Part shown: in pieces, positions 28,391-39,920 of the stretch
Position numbering within the stretch: position 1 is the stretch's first letter
Layout of the letters: every line of letters starts with the position of its first letter
DNA from: an uncultured delta proteobacterium
Lineage (GTDB): Bacteria; Desulfobacterota; Binatia; UBA9968
NCBI GenBank assembly: GCA_963745035.1
Contig: CAVUVW010000010.1
Span: 32,001 to 96,000, forward strand
Length of the DNA: 64,000 nucleotides
Direction: 5' to 3'
The notes under the pieces: model-generated
Databases searched by the model: none
What the model was told of the DNA's origin: nothing
What the model saw: the letters and a program-made list of their open reading frames with translations, nothing else
Program-made: the position numbers and the translations under genes

Positions 28391-28566
28391 GAGAATGAAT
28401 CGGCCATCGCAAGATGAGAAAAATCTTCCGGCCACACAATACTAATTCCGGCTATTCAAAGCGAGCCGCGCCCGCCGTCGGAAAAAAAGGAAATTTGTGT
28501 TCTTGCTCGACGGAAGCGAACGGGAGTAGATTGTCGGCAAATCGATTTCGAAGATACGGAGACGCC

Positions 28567-29694
28567 ATGGCAACGCAATTTCGAGCGGACAATATCGGCA
28601 GCTTGCTGAGACCGGCGGAGTTGCTGGAGGCGCGGGCGGCGCTGCGCGAAGGGCGCATGGATGAGAGGCAAGTGCGCGAGATCGAGGATCGCTCGATCCT
28701 CAAGGCGCTGGAGATGCAGAAGGGTGCCGGCGTGCAGATCTTCACCGACGGCGAGTATCGACGCGATATTTTTACCGCCGATCTCACCAAGGCGATGGAC
28801 GGTCTCGTGCCCGGCAAGCCGGTGGTGAAATTCGAATGGCGCGGCAAAGGAAAGGAGCTTGCCGAGGAATCCAAGGAAGGCAATCTCCAGTACATCGTCG
28901 GCGGCAAGCTGCGCAAGAAAGGGCGCTTCACGCCCAACGAAGCGCCGTTTTTGAAGCAGCATGCGCCGGGGCCGTTCAAGGTGTGCACGCCGGCGGCGAT
29001 GCAGCACGCGATCATGCGCTATCGGCCCGGCGTCTCGGATAAGTTCTATCCGACCGTGCATGAAATGCTGCAGGACGTGGCCGCGATCATGCGCGAAGAG
29101 GTGCAGGCGCTGATCGACGAAGGCGCATCGTACGTTCAACTGGATGCGCCGTCCTATTCCAACTTTTTCGATCCAAACCGGCGGGAAGTGCTCAAGCAGA
29201 GCGGGATCAACTTGGACGAAGCGCTCGATGCCGCGATCGCCGCGGACAACGCGATGATCGCGGGCATCAAGCGAGATCCCGGCGTCGTGATCGGCATCCA
29301 TTTTTGCCGCGGCAACAAGCGCAGCGCCTGGGGCGCGGAAGGGAGCTATGAGCCGATCGCCGAGAAGGCTTTCGGATCGCTCAAAATGGATCGCTATCTG
29401 CTCGAGTTCGACAGCGAGCGCGCCGGCGGATTCGAGCCGCTGCGATTCGTTCCCAAGGGGAAGACCGTGGTGCTCGGGCTGATCACCACGAAAGAACCGG
29501 AGTTGGAATCCGCGGATGAGATGCTGCGGCGCATCGAATGGCTGCCAAGTATGTCCCGATGGAGAATCTTGCCGCTCAGCACGCAATGCGGCTTTGCGTC
29601 AGCCGCTTCCGGCAACCTGATCTCGTGGGACGACATGCGGCGCAAGCTGGAACTGGTTGCGGCGGTGGCGCGGCGGGCTTGGGATAAGAATTAA
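28567..29694 (+). CDS. cobalamin-independent methionine synthase II family protein
   Basis: GSLLRP, TDGEYRR, HFCRGN, STQCGF. Confidence 0.9.
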   Translation: MATQFRADNIGSLLRPAELLEARAALREGRMDERQVREIEDRSILKALEMQKGAGVQIFTDGEYRRDIFTADLTKAMDGLVPGKPVVKFEWRGKGKELAEESKEGNLQYIVGGKLRKKGRFTPNEAPFLKQHAPGPFKVCTPAAMQHAIMRYRPGVSDKFYPTVHEMLQDVAAIMREEVQALIDEGASYVQLDAPSYSNFFDPNRREVLKQSGINLDEALDAAIAADNAMIAGIKRDPGVVIGIHFCRGNKRSAWGAEGSYEPIAEKAFGSLKMDRYLLEFDSERAGGFEPLRFVPKGKTVVLGLITTKEPELESADEMLRRIEWLPSMSRWRILPLSTQCGFASAASGNLISWDDMRRKLELVAAVARRAWDKN

Positions 29695-29695
29695 C

Positions 29696-29732
29696 GTGTT
29701 CAAATCGTTCAAGCCGTTCAAAACGTTCAAGC
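29696..29732. repeat. 9-bp tandem repeat CGTTCAANN x4; second copy at 48276-48310
   Basis: GTTCAAATCGTTCAAGCCGTTCAAAACGTTCAA directly after a stop codon. Confidence 0.8.
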
Positions 29733-29907
29733 CTCCACCTCAATCGTCCTCCGCGCGGCGCGGGGGATGACGGGGGCTTTAGGGTGAAGTGTAGGTATGC
29801 ATGTTCCGCATCGCTGGACAATCCGCATGCGTTCCGGTTTAAGAAAAAGATCGAAATGCGGCGTTGCCGCAGGAAATTTACATTACGAACAAGTGGGAGG
29901 AAATTAG

Positions 29908-32136
29908 ATGACGCAGGTGGTTGGCAGACCGACGCCGAGAGTCGAGGGCGAGCTTAAAGTCACGGGCAAAGCGCTTTACAGCGCGGATTTGAACCTGCCG
30001 AATATCTTGTGGGGCAGGTGTTTGCGCAGCCCGATTCCGTACGGCCGCATTCGGCGGATCGATACCAGCAAAGCGTCCCAGGTGCCGGGAGTGAAGGCGG
30101 TGATCACCGGACAGGATGTCGCGGGACTGCGGATCGGCCGGTGCATTTACGATACGCCGGTTTTGGCGGATGGCGTGGTCCGTTTTATCGGCGAGAAAGG
30201 TTGCGGCGGTGGCGGCGGAAACGAGATTGGCCGCCGAGCAGGCGCTCGAATTGATCGAAGTCGAGTACGAAGAGATCGAGCCGCTGCTCGATCCGGTGGA
30301 AGCGGTGCAAGCCCGGATGCGCCGGTGCTGCATCCGGATTTGCTTACTTACAAAGGACTGCCGGTTCCGCTCGACAGCGTCAGTAATGTGGTCGCTTATC
30401 TCAAGTGGGGCAAGGGAAATCTCGAAGAAGGCTTCCGGCAGGCCGATCTCGTGGTCGAGAATACGTTCACGACTCAGGTGACCCATCAGTCCTATTTGGA
30501 ACCGCACGCCTGCGTGGTGAAGGCGGAAGCGTCGGGCGGCGCCGAAGTTTGGTCATGCAGCAAGACGCCGTTCGCCGTGCGCGGGCAATTGTCGAACTGC
30601 ATCGGCATCGCCAAGGAAAAGCTGGTCTTTCATCCGATGCACATCGGCGGCGACTTCGGCGGCAAGGGCGGTTTCATGGACGTGCCGGTTGCCTATTTTC
30701 TTGTCCAAGAAAAGCGGCCAGGCGGTCAAGATGGTGATGGACTACACGGAAGAATTGACCGCCGGCAATCCGCGCCATGCCTCGATCATCAAGATCAAAA
30801 CCGGCGTCAAGAAAGACGGGACCATCGTCGCGCACCACATCGACTTTCTCTTCGACAGCGGCGCGCTACGCGTCGATGAAGCCGGCGGGCTATTTGATCG
30901 GCGCGTCGACTTGCGCCGGGCCGTACAAGATCGCCAACTGCTTGATCGAAGAGCGCATGGTTTACACGAACAAGATTCCGTGCGGTCACATGCGCGCGCC
31001 GGGCGATCCGCAGGGGTTTTTCGCCAACGAGAGCCAGCTCGACATCGTCGCGCGCAAGCTCGGCATGGATCCCGCGGAGTTCAAGCGCAAGAACATGCTG
31101 CGCGACGGCGACGAAACGCCGATCGGCGGCCACATCTCGCATATCCGCGGCAAGGAAGCGCTGGAAAAAGCGATACAGCTCGCCGGCTACGACAAACCAA
31201 AACCGAAGAACGTCGGCCGCGGGTTGTCGTTTTCGGAATGGAGCCCGAGCGGCGGCGAAGGCAACGTGTTCGTCACCATCGAAGAAGACGGCGGGGTCAA
31301 AGTCATTTCTCCGGTAGTCGACCAGGGCGCCGGCGTGCTTACGGTGATCGTCGAGGTCGTCGGCGAGGAATTGCAAGTACCGGCAAGATCAAATCGAGCT
31401 AAAGCAGGTCGACAGCACCATCGTGCCGAGCGACGGCGGGGTCGGCGGCAGCCGGGCGACGCGGGTTTACGGCAACGCTTCCTACGAAGCGGGCATAAAG
31501 GCGCGCGAAGAGCTCTTTGCCTTCGCGGCGCAATCGCTCGAGGTCGATCCCAAGGAATTGGAGCTCGACAATGGCATCATCTCGCACAAGAAATCCAAGC
31601 GCAAAATGAGCTTCGCCGACGTGGTGAAGTTCAAAGGCGCGCCGATCTACGTGCGCGGCTATTACAAGAGCACCGAGAAATCCCACGACGCTTCAGTGTC
31701 GGCGCAAATCGCCGAGGTCCACGTCGATCCGGACACCGGCAAGGTGACGTTGCGCAATATGGTCTCGGCGCACACGACCGGCAAGGTCATCAATCCGCTC
31801 ATGCATCAAGGACAGATCGACGGCGGCGTAGTGTTCGGTCTCGGCTACGCGCTCACGGAAGAAGTGCTTTTCGACGGCGCCAGGATCACCACGTCGAACT
31901 TGGGCGAATTCAAGATTCCCAACATCATGGATATCCCGCCGCTGAAGACCGACGTCATGGAAAACGTGCCGGCGGGGCCGGGGCCGTACAACAGCCTGGC
32001 GATCGGCGAAGTGGCGAATACGCCGACGGCGGCGGCAGTGGCGAACGCGGTAGCCGACGCCTGCGGCGTGCGCATCACGGACTTGCCGGTGACTTCGGAG
32101 AAGGTGTATCGGGCGCTGAAGGCGCGGGGCGCGTAG
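29908..32136 (+). CDS. xanthine dehydrogenase/CoxL-family molybdopterin-binding subunit, several frameshifts
   Basis: KVTGKALY, GGDFGGK, MRAPG, DQGAG, GQIDGG, AIGE motifs spread over five ORFs. Confidence 0.88.
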
Positions 32137-32246
32137 AAAGGATAAAGGCGAAAGGATGAAGGATAAAGGAAAATTGGAATGACGGACGGTTGGGTTCCGG
32201 ACTGAGATTCCGAACCTTCATCCCTCCGCCTCATCCTTCATCCTTT
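32137..32246. repeat. palindromic heptamer repeat (AAGGATA/G ... TCATCCT)
   Basis: AAAGGATAAAGGCGAAAGGATGAAGGATAAAGG...CCTTCATCCCTCCGCCTCATCCTTCATCCTTT. Confidence 0.7.
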
Positions 32247-32264
32247 CGTTTACACGGAGGTTCT

Positions 32265-33341
32265 ATGGACTCGCTGCGCTATTACATCGCTCATAACGGC
32301 GGCTTGAAGGTGATGGAGAATCGTGGCGGCTGCATTCGCGGCTGTCGGCGAATTCTTCCAGGGAAAGACTCTCGAGCACTTGATCGGCTGCACGAAAAGG
32401 CCGGAAGTTGTTTTTGCCGCGGTGGCCTTCGACGGCGGCTACCGGACCGAGGACGCCGGCAAGACCTGGACGAAGATCATGGATGGCGACGTGCGCACGT
32501 TCACCGTCGATCCGCACGACGAGCGCGTCGTCTATATGGGCATCGGTCCGATTCGACTTTTCCGCAGCGAGGACAATGGAAAGACCTGGGAGCCGCTCGA
32601 CGGCATGCTCGACTTCGGCGACGACGTGAAAAAGAAATGGGGCGTGCCGCCCCGTCTCGTCGGCGTGGAGTTTCCCCACGTGCGCCATATCTTCATCCAT
32701 CCCGAGGATCAGAATCTTATCTGGGTGCTGCTCGAGCATGGCGGCAACCTGCTCAGCCGCGACCGCGGCAAAACCTGGGAGGACCGGAGCGCGGGCATCG
32801 ATTACGTCGATATGCACTACATCGAGAACTATCCCGGCAGCAAAGAACGCTACTACGTCTCGTCGGCGCGCGGCTTTTACCGCAGCGACGATGCGGGCAA
32901 GCAGTGGCGCCGGGTCGAGACCGGCATGCCGTGGGCGTATACGGAGCTGCACAGCTATTCGCACGAGTGGCATTTTCTGCCGGGCGAAAAGCCGCGCATG
33001 GTGCTCTGTGGCGGGAAAGGTTCGCCGGGTGTGTGGGCACGCGAGAAAATGAATCCCAAAGGGCACATCATGCTCAGCGACGACGGCGGCGACAACTGGC
33101 GCATCGTCACCCAAGGATTGGAAAAAGAAAATCCCTGGATGCCGTGGGTGCTTGGTGCATCATCCGACGGATGCCAACTGCTCTTTTCTGCGGCATGGGC
33201 GACGGCGCGCGCGGCTACGGCTTCGACGCGCGGATCACGGGCAAGGGCGCTCTCTATACGACCCGGGACCGCGGCGAGTCTTGGGAGCCGGTGATGCAGG
33301 ACACGCCGTCGATTCTGACGGCCTGGGTCGCGAACTCATAG
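32265..33341 (+). CDS. BNR/Asp-box beta-propeller protein, frameshifted near 32330 and 33150
   Basis: Repeated S/T-x-D-x-G-x-T/S-W boxes; GGAGG RBS. Confidence 0.85.
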   Translation: MDSLRYYIAHNGGLKVMENRGGCIRGCRRILPGKDSRALDRLHEKAGSCFCRGGLRRRLPDRGRRQDLDEDHGWRRAHVHRRSARRARRLYGHRSDSTFPQRGQWKDLGAARRHARLRRRREKEMGRAAPSRRRGVSPRAPYLHPSRGSESYLGAARAWRQPAQPRPRQNLGGPERGHRLRRYALHRELSRQQRTLLRLVGARLLPQRRCGQAVAPGRDRHAVGVYGAAQLFARVAFSAGRKAAHGALWRERFAGCVGTRENESQRAHHAQRRRRRQLAHRHPRIGKRKSLDAVGAWCIIRRMPTALFCGMGDGARGYGFDARITGKGALYTTRDRGESWEPVMQDTPSILTAWVANS

Positions 33342-33826
33342 GATGCAATCCCAGCGACCGTAGTGCCGCATAACCGCAACCAAGAAGAGATGGATAGCTC
33401 ACCACGAAGCACGCGAAGGTCACGAAGGCTTTTTGTAGGGTGCGCTTGCGCACCGATCGTAGCCCGGATGTAGCTTAGCGGAATCCGGGTTCTTTCTGAC
33501 TCTTTCGTCGAACATGTGTTTTCGAGCGGCTACGTTTCTTGCATCACGTGTCCTTCGTCTACAATCTGCTGCTTAGCTTTGGCGTGCCTCGCGTCCAACA
33601 TAGAAACAGTTACGCATTCAGGTGAATTCAGATTTCCGCCATTCTTGCGGTTGCGCTTGGAATGAGTCAGATTTTTATATTCGGGCGGTGGGCATTTGCC
33701 TGAAGGTTCTTATCGGCATCGCATGCACGGATTCGCCTGGATTCCCGCTAAAAGCATGCGGGAATGACGGCAGTGACGAATAAGCACAAGGTCGCGCCAT
33801 AGTATACAGATAAATCCAAGACTTTG

Positions 33827-34774
33827 ATGAACAAGCCAGCTTCATCTGCATCGCCCATTGTCGAGGCGAGGAAGATTTCGAAGAAATTCGGCGACCGAGT
33901 GGCGGTCGATCAGCTCGATCTCGATGTTCCGGCGCGGGTTTGTTTTGGGCTGCTAGGGCCCAACGGCGCGGGAAAGACCACGACTCTGCGGATGATCTAC
34001 GGCGTCACGGCGGCGACCAGCGGCACGATTCGCGTGTTCGGCATGGACATCGCGCGGCATACGCGCGCGGTGCGCTCCCGCCTCGGCGTTACTTTGCAGC
34101 AAAACGTTTTGATCGAAGCTTTGTCGCCGAAAGAAAACCTTTTGGTTTTTGGCCGGTATCATTTGCTGCGCGAACCGGAGCTTTCGCGGCGCGCCGAAGA
34201 ATTGATCGACTTTCTCGAGCTGCGCTCCCATGCCGACATCCCGGTGCGCCAGCTTTCGGGGGGATTCCAGCGGCGTTTGGCGCTGGCGCTTTCCTTGGTC
34301 AACGGCCCGGAGCTTTTGATCCTGGACGAGCCGACCACCGGGCTCGATCCTGCCGTGCGGCTGGCGTTATGGTCGCGCATCAGGGAACTGCGCGGGGCGG
34401 GAACGACCGTGCTCATCACGACCCACTACATGGACGAGGCGCAGCGGCTTTGCGATCAAGTCGCCATCGTCTCGGCGGGGAAGGTGATTGCGACCGGCGC
34501 TCCGGCAGAACTGATCGTCACCAAGCTGGCGCCGGAAGCGGTGGAGTTCGACTGCACGCCAAACGAAGAAGCAGCGCTGATTGACGGCGTTGCGCCGGGC
34601 CGGCGCCTGCGGGTCGGCAGGCGGCTCATGCTTTATCTCGACGACGCCGGCGATGTGATCGAGCAAATTCGCCGTCACGACAATGGAGACCGGCGCCCGG
34701 TTATCGTCCGGCCCACCAATCTCGAAGACGTCTACCTCTCGCTCACGGGCACCAGCCTGGAGGCCAATCCGTGA
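33827..34774 (+). CDS. ABC exporter ATP-binding protein (NodI/DrrA-like)
   Basis: GPNGAGKT, LSGG, LILDEP, TTH. Confidence 0.92.
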   Translation: MNKPASSASPIVEARKISKKFGDRVAVDQLDLDVPARVCFGLLGPNGAGKTTTLRMIYGVTAATSGTIRVFGMDIARHTRAVRSRLGVTLQQNVLIEALSPKENLLVFGRYHLLREPELSRRAEELIDFLELRSHADIPVRQLSGGFQRRLALALSLVNGPELLILDEPTTGLDPAVRLALWSRIRELRGAGTTVLITTHYMDEAQRLCDQVAIVSAGKVIATGAPAELIVTKLAPEAVEFDCTPNEEAALIDGVAPGRRLRVGRRLMLYLDDAGDVIEQIRRHDNGDRRPVIVRPTNLEDVYLSLTGTSLEANP

Positions 34775-35538
34775 GCGTTTCGTTTCCCTACGCACTATCG
34801 GTATGGCGGCGCAACGCCGTCATGTACAAGCGGACCTGGAAGTGGAACATCCTGCCCAACTTCTTCGAGCCGGTTCTCTATCTTTTTTCTCTCGGTCTCG
34901 GCGTCGGCGCGTACATCTCGGAGATGGGCGGCACGAGCTATATCGCGTTTCTCGCGCCGGGACTGGTGTGTGTGGCGGCGATGAACGGTGCGAGCTTCGA
35001 GGTCACCTATAATATCTACGTGCGTCTGATCTTTGAAAAGACCTATGACGCCATGCTGACGACGCCCATCGAGCCCGATGACATCCTTGCCGGCGAGGTG
35101 CTGTGGGCGGTGACGCGCGCCAGCATCTACGGCGGCTGCTTCTTTCTTGTGCTGATGCTTTTCGGGTTGGCGCCGTTGCCGTCTTCGCTTTGGGTGATCC
35201 TGTTGATTCCCCTCACGGGGCTGCTCTTTGCCGCGATCGGTATGGTCTTCTCGCTGCGAATCCCCAACATCGATATGTTCAGCTTCTACTTTACTTTGTT
35301 TCTTACCCCGCTGTTTTTGTTTTCCGATGTTTTCTTTCCGCTGAAGGAAAGGTTGTCGGGCACGTGGCTCTGGGTCGCCGAAGCTCTGCCGCTTTTGCAC
35401 CCTGTGCGCTTGGCGCGCGCGTCCTTCAGCGGCGAGTTTTCCATGATCGTGCTGTGGGATCTCGCTTACATGATCGCGATGTCGGCATTGCTGCTCTTGT
35501 GGGCGCGCCGCGGCGTGCGCCACCGGCTGACGAACTAG
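34771..35538 (+). CDS. ABC-2 permease (NodJ-like)
   Basis: EPVLYL, YIAFLAPG, six TM segments; GTGA overlap. Confidence 0.9.
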   Translation: MSVSFPYALSVWRRNAVMYKRTWKWNILPNFFEPVLYLFSLGLGVGAYISEMGGTSYIAFLAPGLVCVAAMNGASFEVTYNIYVRLIFEKTYDAMLTTPIEPDDILAGEVLWAVTRASIYGGCFFLVLMLFGLAPLPSSLWVILLIPLTGLLFAAIGMVFSLRIPNIDMFSFYFTLFLTPLFLFSDVFFPLKERLSGTWLWVAEALPLLHPVRLARASFSGEFSMIVLWDLAYMIAMSALLLLWARRGVRHRLTN

Positions 35539-35753
35539 ACCGGCCGGCGACAACAGTACGCCTGCGGCAGTTTTATCCATATCCCCCCTTACTCGTACAT
35601 CGCGCCGTGTGCGGCGGTGACGCAGAGAAGCTATAAAAAAATTTAATCGGGTATGAATCTCTTGACTCTCGCCACGATTTGAAATTAAGTGCGTTAACTC
35701 GGCGGAAAACGTCGAGTGAATTTTCAATCATTCAACACCTGGAGCGAAGCAAC

Positions 35754-35954
35754 ATGGATCATCTCAAACACTCCTGGCCCGGTCTGGGGTTGGAGTGTCC
35801 TTTTTGTTCCCATTCGAAGTGTCGCGCCTGTCTCGAAGTTTCCGTCAATGTTCTCGCCTGTTGTGAGTGCAGAACGAGAGCGATCCGCCGGCTGGCGTAC
35901 CTAAAAGAAGTTCACGAACTACAAGATGTCGCTTCGAGAGGAAGGGCTTCGTGA
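35754..35954 (+). CDS. small Cys-rich putative Zn-binding protein
   Basis: CPFC-x3-CRAC-x9-CCEC; GGAG upstream. Confidence 0.45.
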   Translation: MDHLKHSWPGLGLECPFCSHSKCRACLEVSVNVLACCECRTRAIRRLAYLKEVHELQDVASRGRAS

Positions 35955-35998
35955 GCTTGTCCGCAGTGAAGGACATCCGGGATTTCCCGGATGTCTCC

Positions 35999-37147
35999 TC
36001 AAATTCGTAGATTGTAAAAGCGCCGGGCGTTTTCGCCGAGGAGGTCGGCTTTTTCAGCGCCGGTCAGGGCCGCGGATCTCTTGATCGTCGGCACGCGGTT
36101 CCAGTCCATGTCGCTGTGCGGATAATCGCTGGCGTACATGAAGCCTTTGCTGCCGAGCTGGTCGATGATCGCGCGCAGGTTCTCGTCGCCTTCGAAGCCG
36201 CTCAAGATCCTGCCTTCGAGAATGTCTTCACCGGGCTCATGCACGGTGGAGGGCAATTCGTAGGGTTCTCTTCCCCAATCGCTTTCTTTGCGGCCGGCGC
36301 GCGGCTCGAGGACATGCTCGATGTGCTTTCCCACCCACCAGTTCCAGTAGGGCAGCCAGCTCGCGCCGATCTCGAGAAATGCGCAGCGCAGTCGCGGCAG
36401 TTTTTTCAATAAGCCGGAGCGGACGAGCGACATCATCGCCACCATCATCGAAAACGGCATGGCGGTGACGTGGGTGGAGAAAAAATCCGTGAAGCAGTCA
36501 GCCCAGGGCGTGTAGTGCATGCCGGTCACGGCGTGAAATCCGACGGGAGCGTCGAGATCGTTCATGGTCTCGAAGAACGGCACGAATTCCTTGGCGTGAA
36601 GCGGTGTGTTTCCCACCGTGCCGGGAATGACGACGCCGTTGAGTCCGAGTTTTTGCACCGCGCGGCGGGCCTCTTCGGCGGCCGCGCTCGGATCCTGAAT
36701 CGGCACCAGAGCAACGCCGCCCAGACGTTTCGGCGCCTTCGCGCATTGCTCGGCGATGTAATTATTGTAGGCGCGGCACACGGCGGCGGCGAGTTCCTTG
36801 TTTTCGAGATCGAAGACCCAAACCAAAGCGGTCGGATAGACGATCTGAAAATCGATCTCCATGCGATCCATATCCTGCAGACGCCCCTCGATGTCGTCGA
36901 GGGAGTTGTCCTTGGCTTTCATTTCGGCGTGGCGCGGCGTCTGGTAGCGGAATCCGCCACCGCCCACGCCTTTGGTAAACGGTAGACGAGGCACGAGCCG
37001 TCCTTCCACGAGCCAGCGTCCGGTATCTCTCGGCTCGTCGCGCAGGTCGACGATGCGCGGACGCATGGAAAAGAATTCCTTCTCCATGTAGCGTTCGAAT
37101 AGATCAAATGGCTCGTGTAGATGGCCGTCCGAATCAATGACTTGCAT
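35999..37147 (-). CDS. amidohydrolase family protein
   Basis: VIDSDGH, FLEIG, ASDYPH. Confidence 0.9.
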   Translation of the reverse strand: MQVIDSDGHLHEPFDLFERYMEKEFFSMRPRIVDLRDEPRDTGRWLVEGRLVPRLPFTKGVGGGGFRYQTPRHAEMKAKDNSLDDIEGRLQDMDRMEIDFQIVYPTALVWVFDLENKELAAAVCRAYNNYIAEQCAKAPKRLGGVALVPIQDPSAAAEEARRAVQKLGLNGVVIPGTVGNTPLHAKEFVPFFETMNDLDAPVGFHAVTGMHYTPWADCFTDFFSTHVTAMPFSMMVAMMSLVRSGLLKKLPRLRCAFLEIGASWLPYWNWWVGKHIEHVLEPRAGRKESDWGREPYELPSTVHEPGEDILEGRILSGFEGDENLRAIIDQLGSKGFMYASDYPHSDMDWNRVPTIKRSAALTGAEKADLLGENARRFYNLRI

Positions 37148-37263
37148 GAATGTTTCCTCCGCAGGCTGTCGTCCTAGACCTAGCGGATGGCCATCGCTTT
37201 TTCAACAAATATGAGCCGCCGCTTACGCCGCGGCGCGGTTTTAAGTACTATCCGTGTGGACCC

Positions 37264-38151
37264 ATGAGCGAGGCAAATTTCTATCAGATTCTCGGCGTCG
37301 GGCGCTCGGCGAGCGCCAATCAAATCCGATCGGCTTATCGCGAGCTCGTGAAACGCCATCATCCGGATCTGTTTTCCACGCCCGCGGAAAAGGCCCAAGC
37401 CACCGATAAACTCAGACAGATCAATGAAGCGTACGCCGTCCTTGGAAATTCCAAGCGACGCCACGATTACGATCAAAGCTTTGTGCAAAAGCCGAGGCCG
37501 CGCGCGCACGTTCGTCCGTCGCGGAGGGGACCTGGCGCAGCGCGGCCTCAACCAAAGGCGACCGCGCGCCGCAAGCCGCGGAAAATACCAATCGAGTGGC
37601 GGTCTTTTTCCAGAAAGCGCGCTGGGTACGCTCTGATCGCCGTCACGGCGGTTATGCTCTTTATTTACGCCGCCCGCAGCGTGCCGACATTGACCACGGC
37701 GTGGACCCTGGTGGAGAAAGTGGAAACCTCCTCGGCGGCGAGCACCGTTTCCTCACCGATGAGCATGCCGCCGGCAAGCGCGCAGGAGCGCGGTAAAGGT
37801 TGGTCGGCGGTAGCGCAGTTCGCGTCCGTCGCCGAATGCGCCGAAGCGCTCAAGAAAAAAGTGCGCGAGGACGAACGCGAAGGGGGCAAGGCGGTTTTTG
37901 ACGAACGGAACGGCATGATGGCCATCACAGTCCAGGTGAAAAAAGCCGAAAACCCATCCAATCCAAACGCAGAGTCGGAACGTGCGGCGGCGGCCGATGC
38001 TGCGCCCGGGGAGGGATCTTCGAAAGAGAGCGCGACGGCGTCCGTGAGCACTGTGAGCCGCGTGAGAAATCTCGAGTGCCGGGCAACGCAGCGCATGGAA
38101 ACGGAGCCCTGGTTTCAGCAAACCTTGCGCGGGTGGGGATTTCTTCAATAG
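37264..38151 (+). CDS. J-domain (DnaJ-like) membrane-anchored protein
   Basis: FYQILGV, HHPD, INEAYAVL; one TM segment. Confidence 0.85.
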   Translation: MSEANFYQILGVGRSASANQIRSAYRELVKRHHPDLFSTPAEKAQATDKLRQINEAYAVLGNSKRRHDYDQSFVQKPRPRAHVRPSRRGPGAARPQPKATARRKPRKIPIEWRSFSRKRAGYALIAVTAVMLFIYAARSVPTLTTAWTLVEKVETSSAASTVSSPMSMPPASAQERGKGWSAVAQFASVAECAEALKKKVREDEREGGKAVFDERNGMMAITVQVKKAENPSNPNAESERAAAADAAPGEGSSKESATASVSTVSRVRNLECRATQRMETEPWFQQTLRGWGFLQ

Positions 38152-38361
38152 CAGATTGCGGCCAACATCTCTCGGTTATCCAGGACGAACCGCGAAGACT
38201 TCAAATCGCTAAGAGTGGTTGAATACCTCGCCTTAGTCATGCCCGCGCAAGCGCACAGCTAGGCTATGCGGAGTAAAAATCCAAAAACCTGGATCCCGCT
38301 TTCGCGGCAATGACGCATAGACCAAATCGTCGCGGGTCGACGCTGACGAGAATCCAGGTCC

Positions 38362-39912
38362 TTATCGTGAGCGCTTGGTCTTGAGGAACAGCGCGATGAT
38401 CAGCAAAGCGACGTGCAGGACGCCGATCAGGAAAAACAGGTCCTGATAGGCCTGGGTCAGAGCCTGATTGATCAAGGTGTGCGCGAGCAAGGAGCGGGCG
38501 CGTTCCTCCAGGGCGAGGCCGTGCTGGCCCGCGTAGACCAGCATGTTTTGAATCTGCGAGAGCGCCTGCAGGCGCTCGCTTGCCGCGAAAGCGGCGCCTT
38601 GCAGCGGCGGGATCGAATACAAGTTGAAAAACGCGTAGCGCTCGAGCAGGAAAGTCAAAACCGCGATGCTGAAGGCGTCGCCGAGGCCGCGCGTCATGCC
38701 GATCATGCCGCTGCCCATGCGCGCGCGGCCTTCCGGAATGGCCGCGAGCGCGACGGTATTGAGCGGCGCGTTGAGGCTCGACTGGCCGACGCTTTTGACG
38801 CACATGAAAAAGAAGATAAATCCGACGGTGCTCCAGAGCGACAATTGCGACAACCCGTAAAGCGCGAAGATCAGAATCGCCAAGCCGCCGACGATCGGTA
38901 TGCGCGGCCCCACGCGGTCGGTCAGCTTGCCGGCGAGCGGGGACCACAGGCCGGTGATGACGGCGCCGGGGAGAAGAAAGATGCCTGCCTGGGTGGGCGT
39001 GTAGTTGAGGCCTTTTTGCAGGAAGATGGCGAGCAGATAGCTCGCGCCGCGAAAACCGAACACGCGAAAGAAGATCAAGAAGTTCGCCAAGCTGAAATTG
39101 AGATCGCGAAAATAGCGCAGCTCCAGAAACGGGTGATCGGATTTCAACTCCACGACGATGAACAACGCGACAAACAGGACCGACGCGCCGAACAAGGAGA
39201 CGATCAACCGGCTGCCCCAACCTTGCTCATGACCGAGATTGAGCGCGAGCAACAAGGTCACGGTGGCGATGGTCATCGTCACTAGGCCGAGGACGTCGAG
39301 CGGCGCCGCAACGGATTTCGCGGGCCTGTGTGGCAGCAGATAGTACCCGCTGATGATACTGAGCACGCCGGTCGGCAGGTTGATGTAAAAAATCGCGCGC
39401 CAGTGCACGTGCTCGGTGAGGTAGCCGCCAAACAAAGGCCCGAAGAACGGCCCGAGCGACCAGCCGGTCATGAACAGCCCCATGGCGAGACCGCGCTCAT
39501 GGCGGGGAAACGATTCAAACATGATCGCCATGGAAATGCCGAGCAGCGGTCCCGCGCCCACCGCCTGGATGATGCGAAAAACGATCAACGATTCGGCGTT
39601 CCACGAAAAGGAGCAGAGCAGCGAGCCTACCGTGAATATCGTCGTGCTGGCAATGAAAAGATTACGGTCGCCCATGCGGTCGCCAAGCCAGCCGACGGAT
39701 GGAGTCAGCACCGTGCGGGTAATCATGAAGCCGGTGAGCACCCACTGGATGCGATTGAGCGAAGTGCCGAGTGAAGACATGATCGTCGGAATGGCGACGT
39801 TCACCGCTGTGACGCTGAGTCCGATCGACAATGTGCCGAGGAACAGCGTGATCGCGATCCACCACTTGCGCATTCCGTCGGAGGTTGGCGAATCGGTCGC
39901 GGTGGTTTCCAT
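38362..39912 (-). CDS. DHA2 MFS efflux permease (EmrB/QacA-like)
   Basis: Many TM segments; GWLGDRMG, WRAIFYINLP. Confidence 0.9.
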   Translation of the reverse strand: METTATDSPTSDGMRKWWIAITLFLGTLSIGLSVTAVNVAIPTIMSSLGTSLNRIQWVLTGFMITRTVLTPSVGWLGDRMGDRNLFIASTTIFTVGSLLCSFSWNAESLIVFRIIQAVGAGPLLGISMAIMFESFPRHERGLAMGLFMTGWSLGPFFGPLFGGYLTEHVHWRAIFYINLPTGVLSIISGYYLLPHRPAKSVAAPLDVLGLVTMTIATVTLLLALNLGHEQGWGSRLIVSLFGASVLFVALFIVVELKSDHPFLELRYFRDLNFSLANFLIFFRVFGFRGASYLLAIFLQKGLNYTPTQAGIFLLPGAVITGLWSPLAGKLTDRVGPRIPIVGGLAILIFALYGLSQLSLWSTVGFIFFFMCVKSVGQSSLNAPLNTVALAAIPEGRARMGSGMIGMTRGLGDAFSIAVLTFLLERYAFFNLYSIPPLQGAAFAASERLQALSQIQNMLVYAGQHGLALEERARSLLAHTLINQALTQAYQDLFFLIGVLHVALLIIALFLKTKRSR

Positions 39913-39920
39913 AGCGACGG

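Noticed and set aside
29908-32136. Programmed frameshifting or split subunits in the molybdoenzyme
   Set aside because: Several shifts with no slippery motifs; same error pattern as the rest of the window
33827-35538. True nodulation genes nodI/nodJ
   Set aside because: Generic ABC-2 exporter; no nodABC or other nod context
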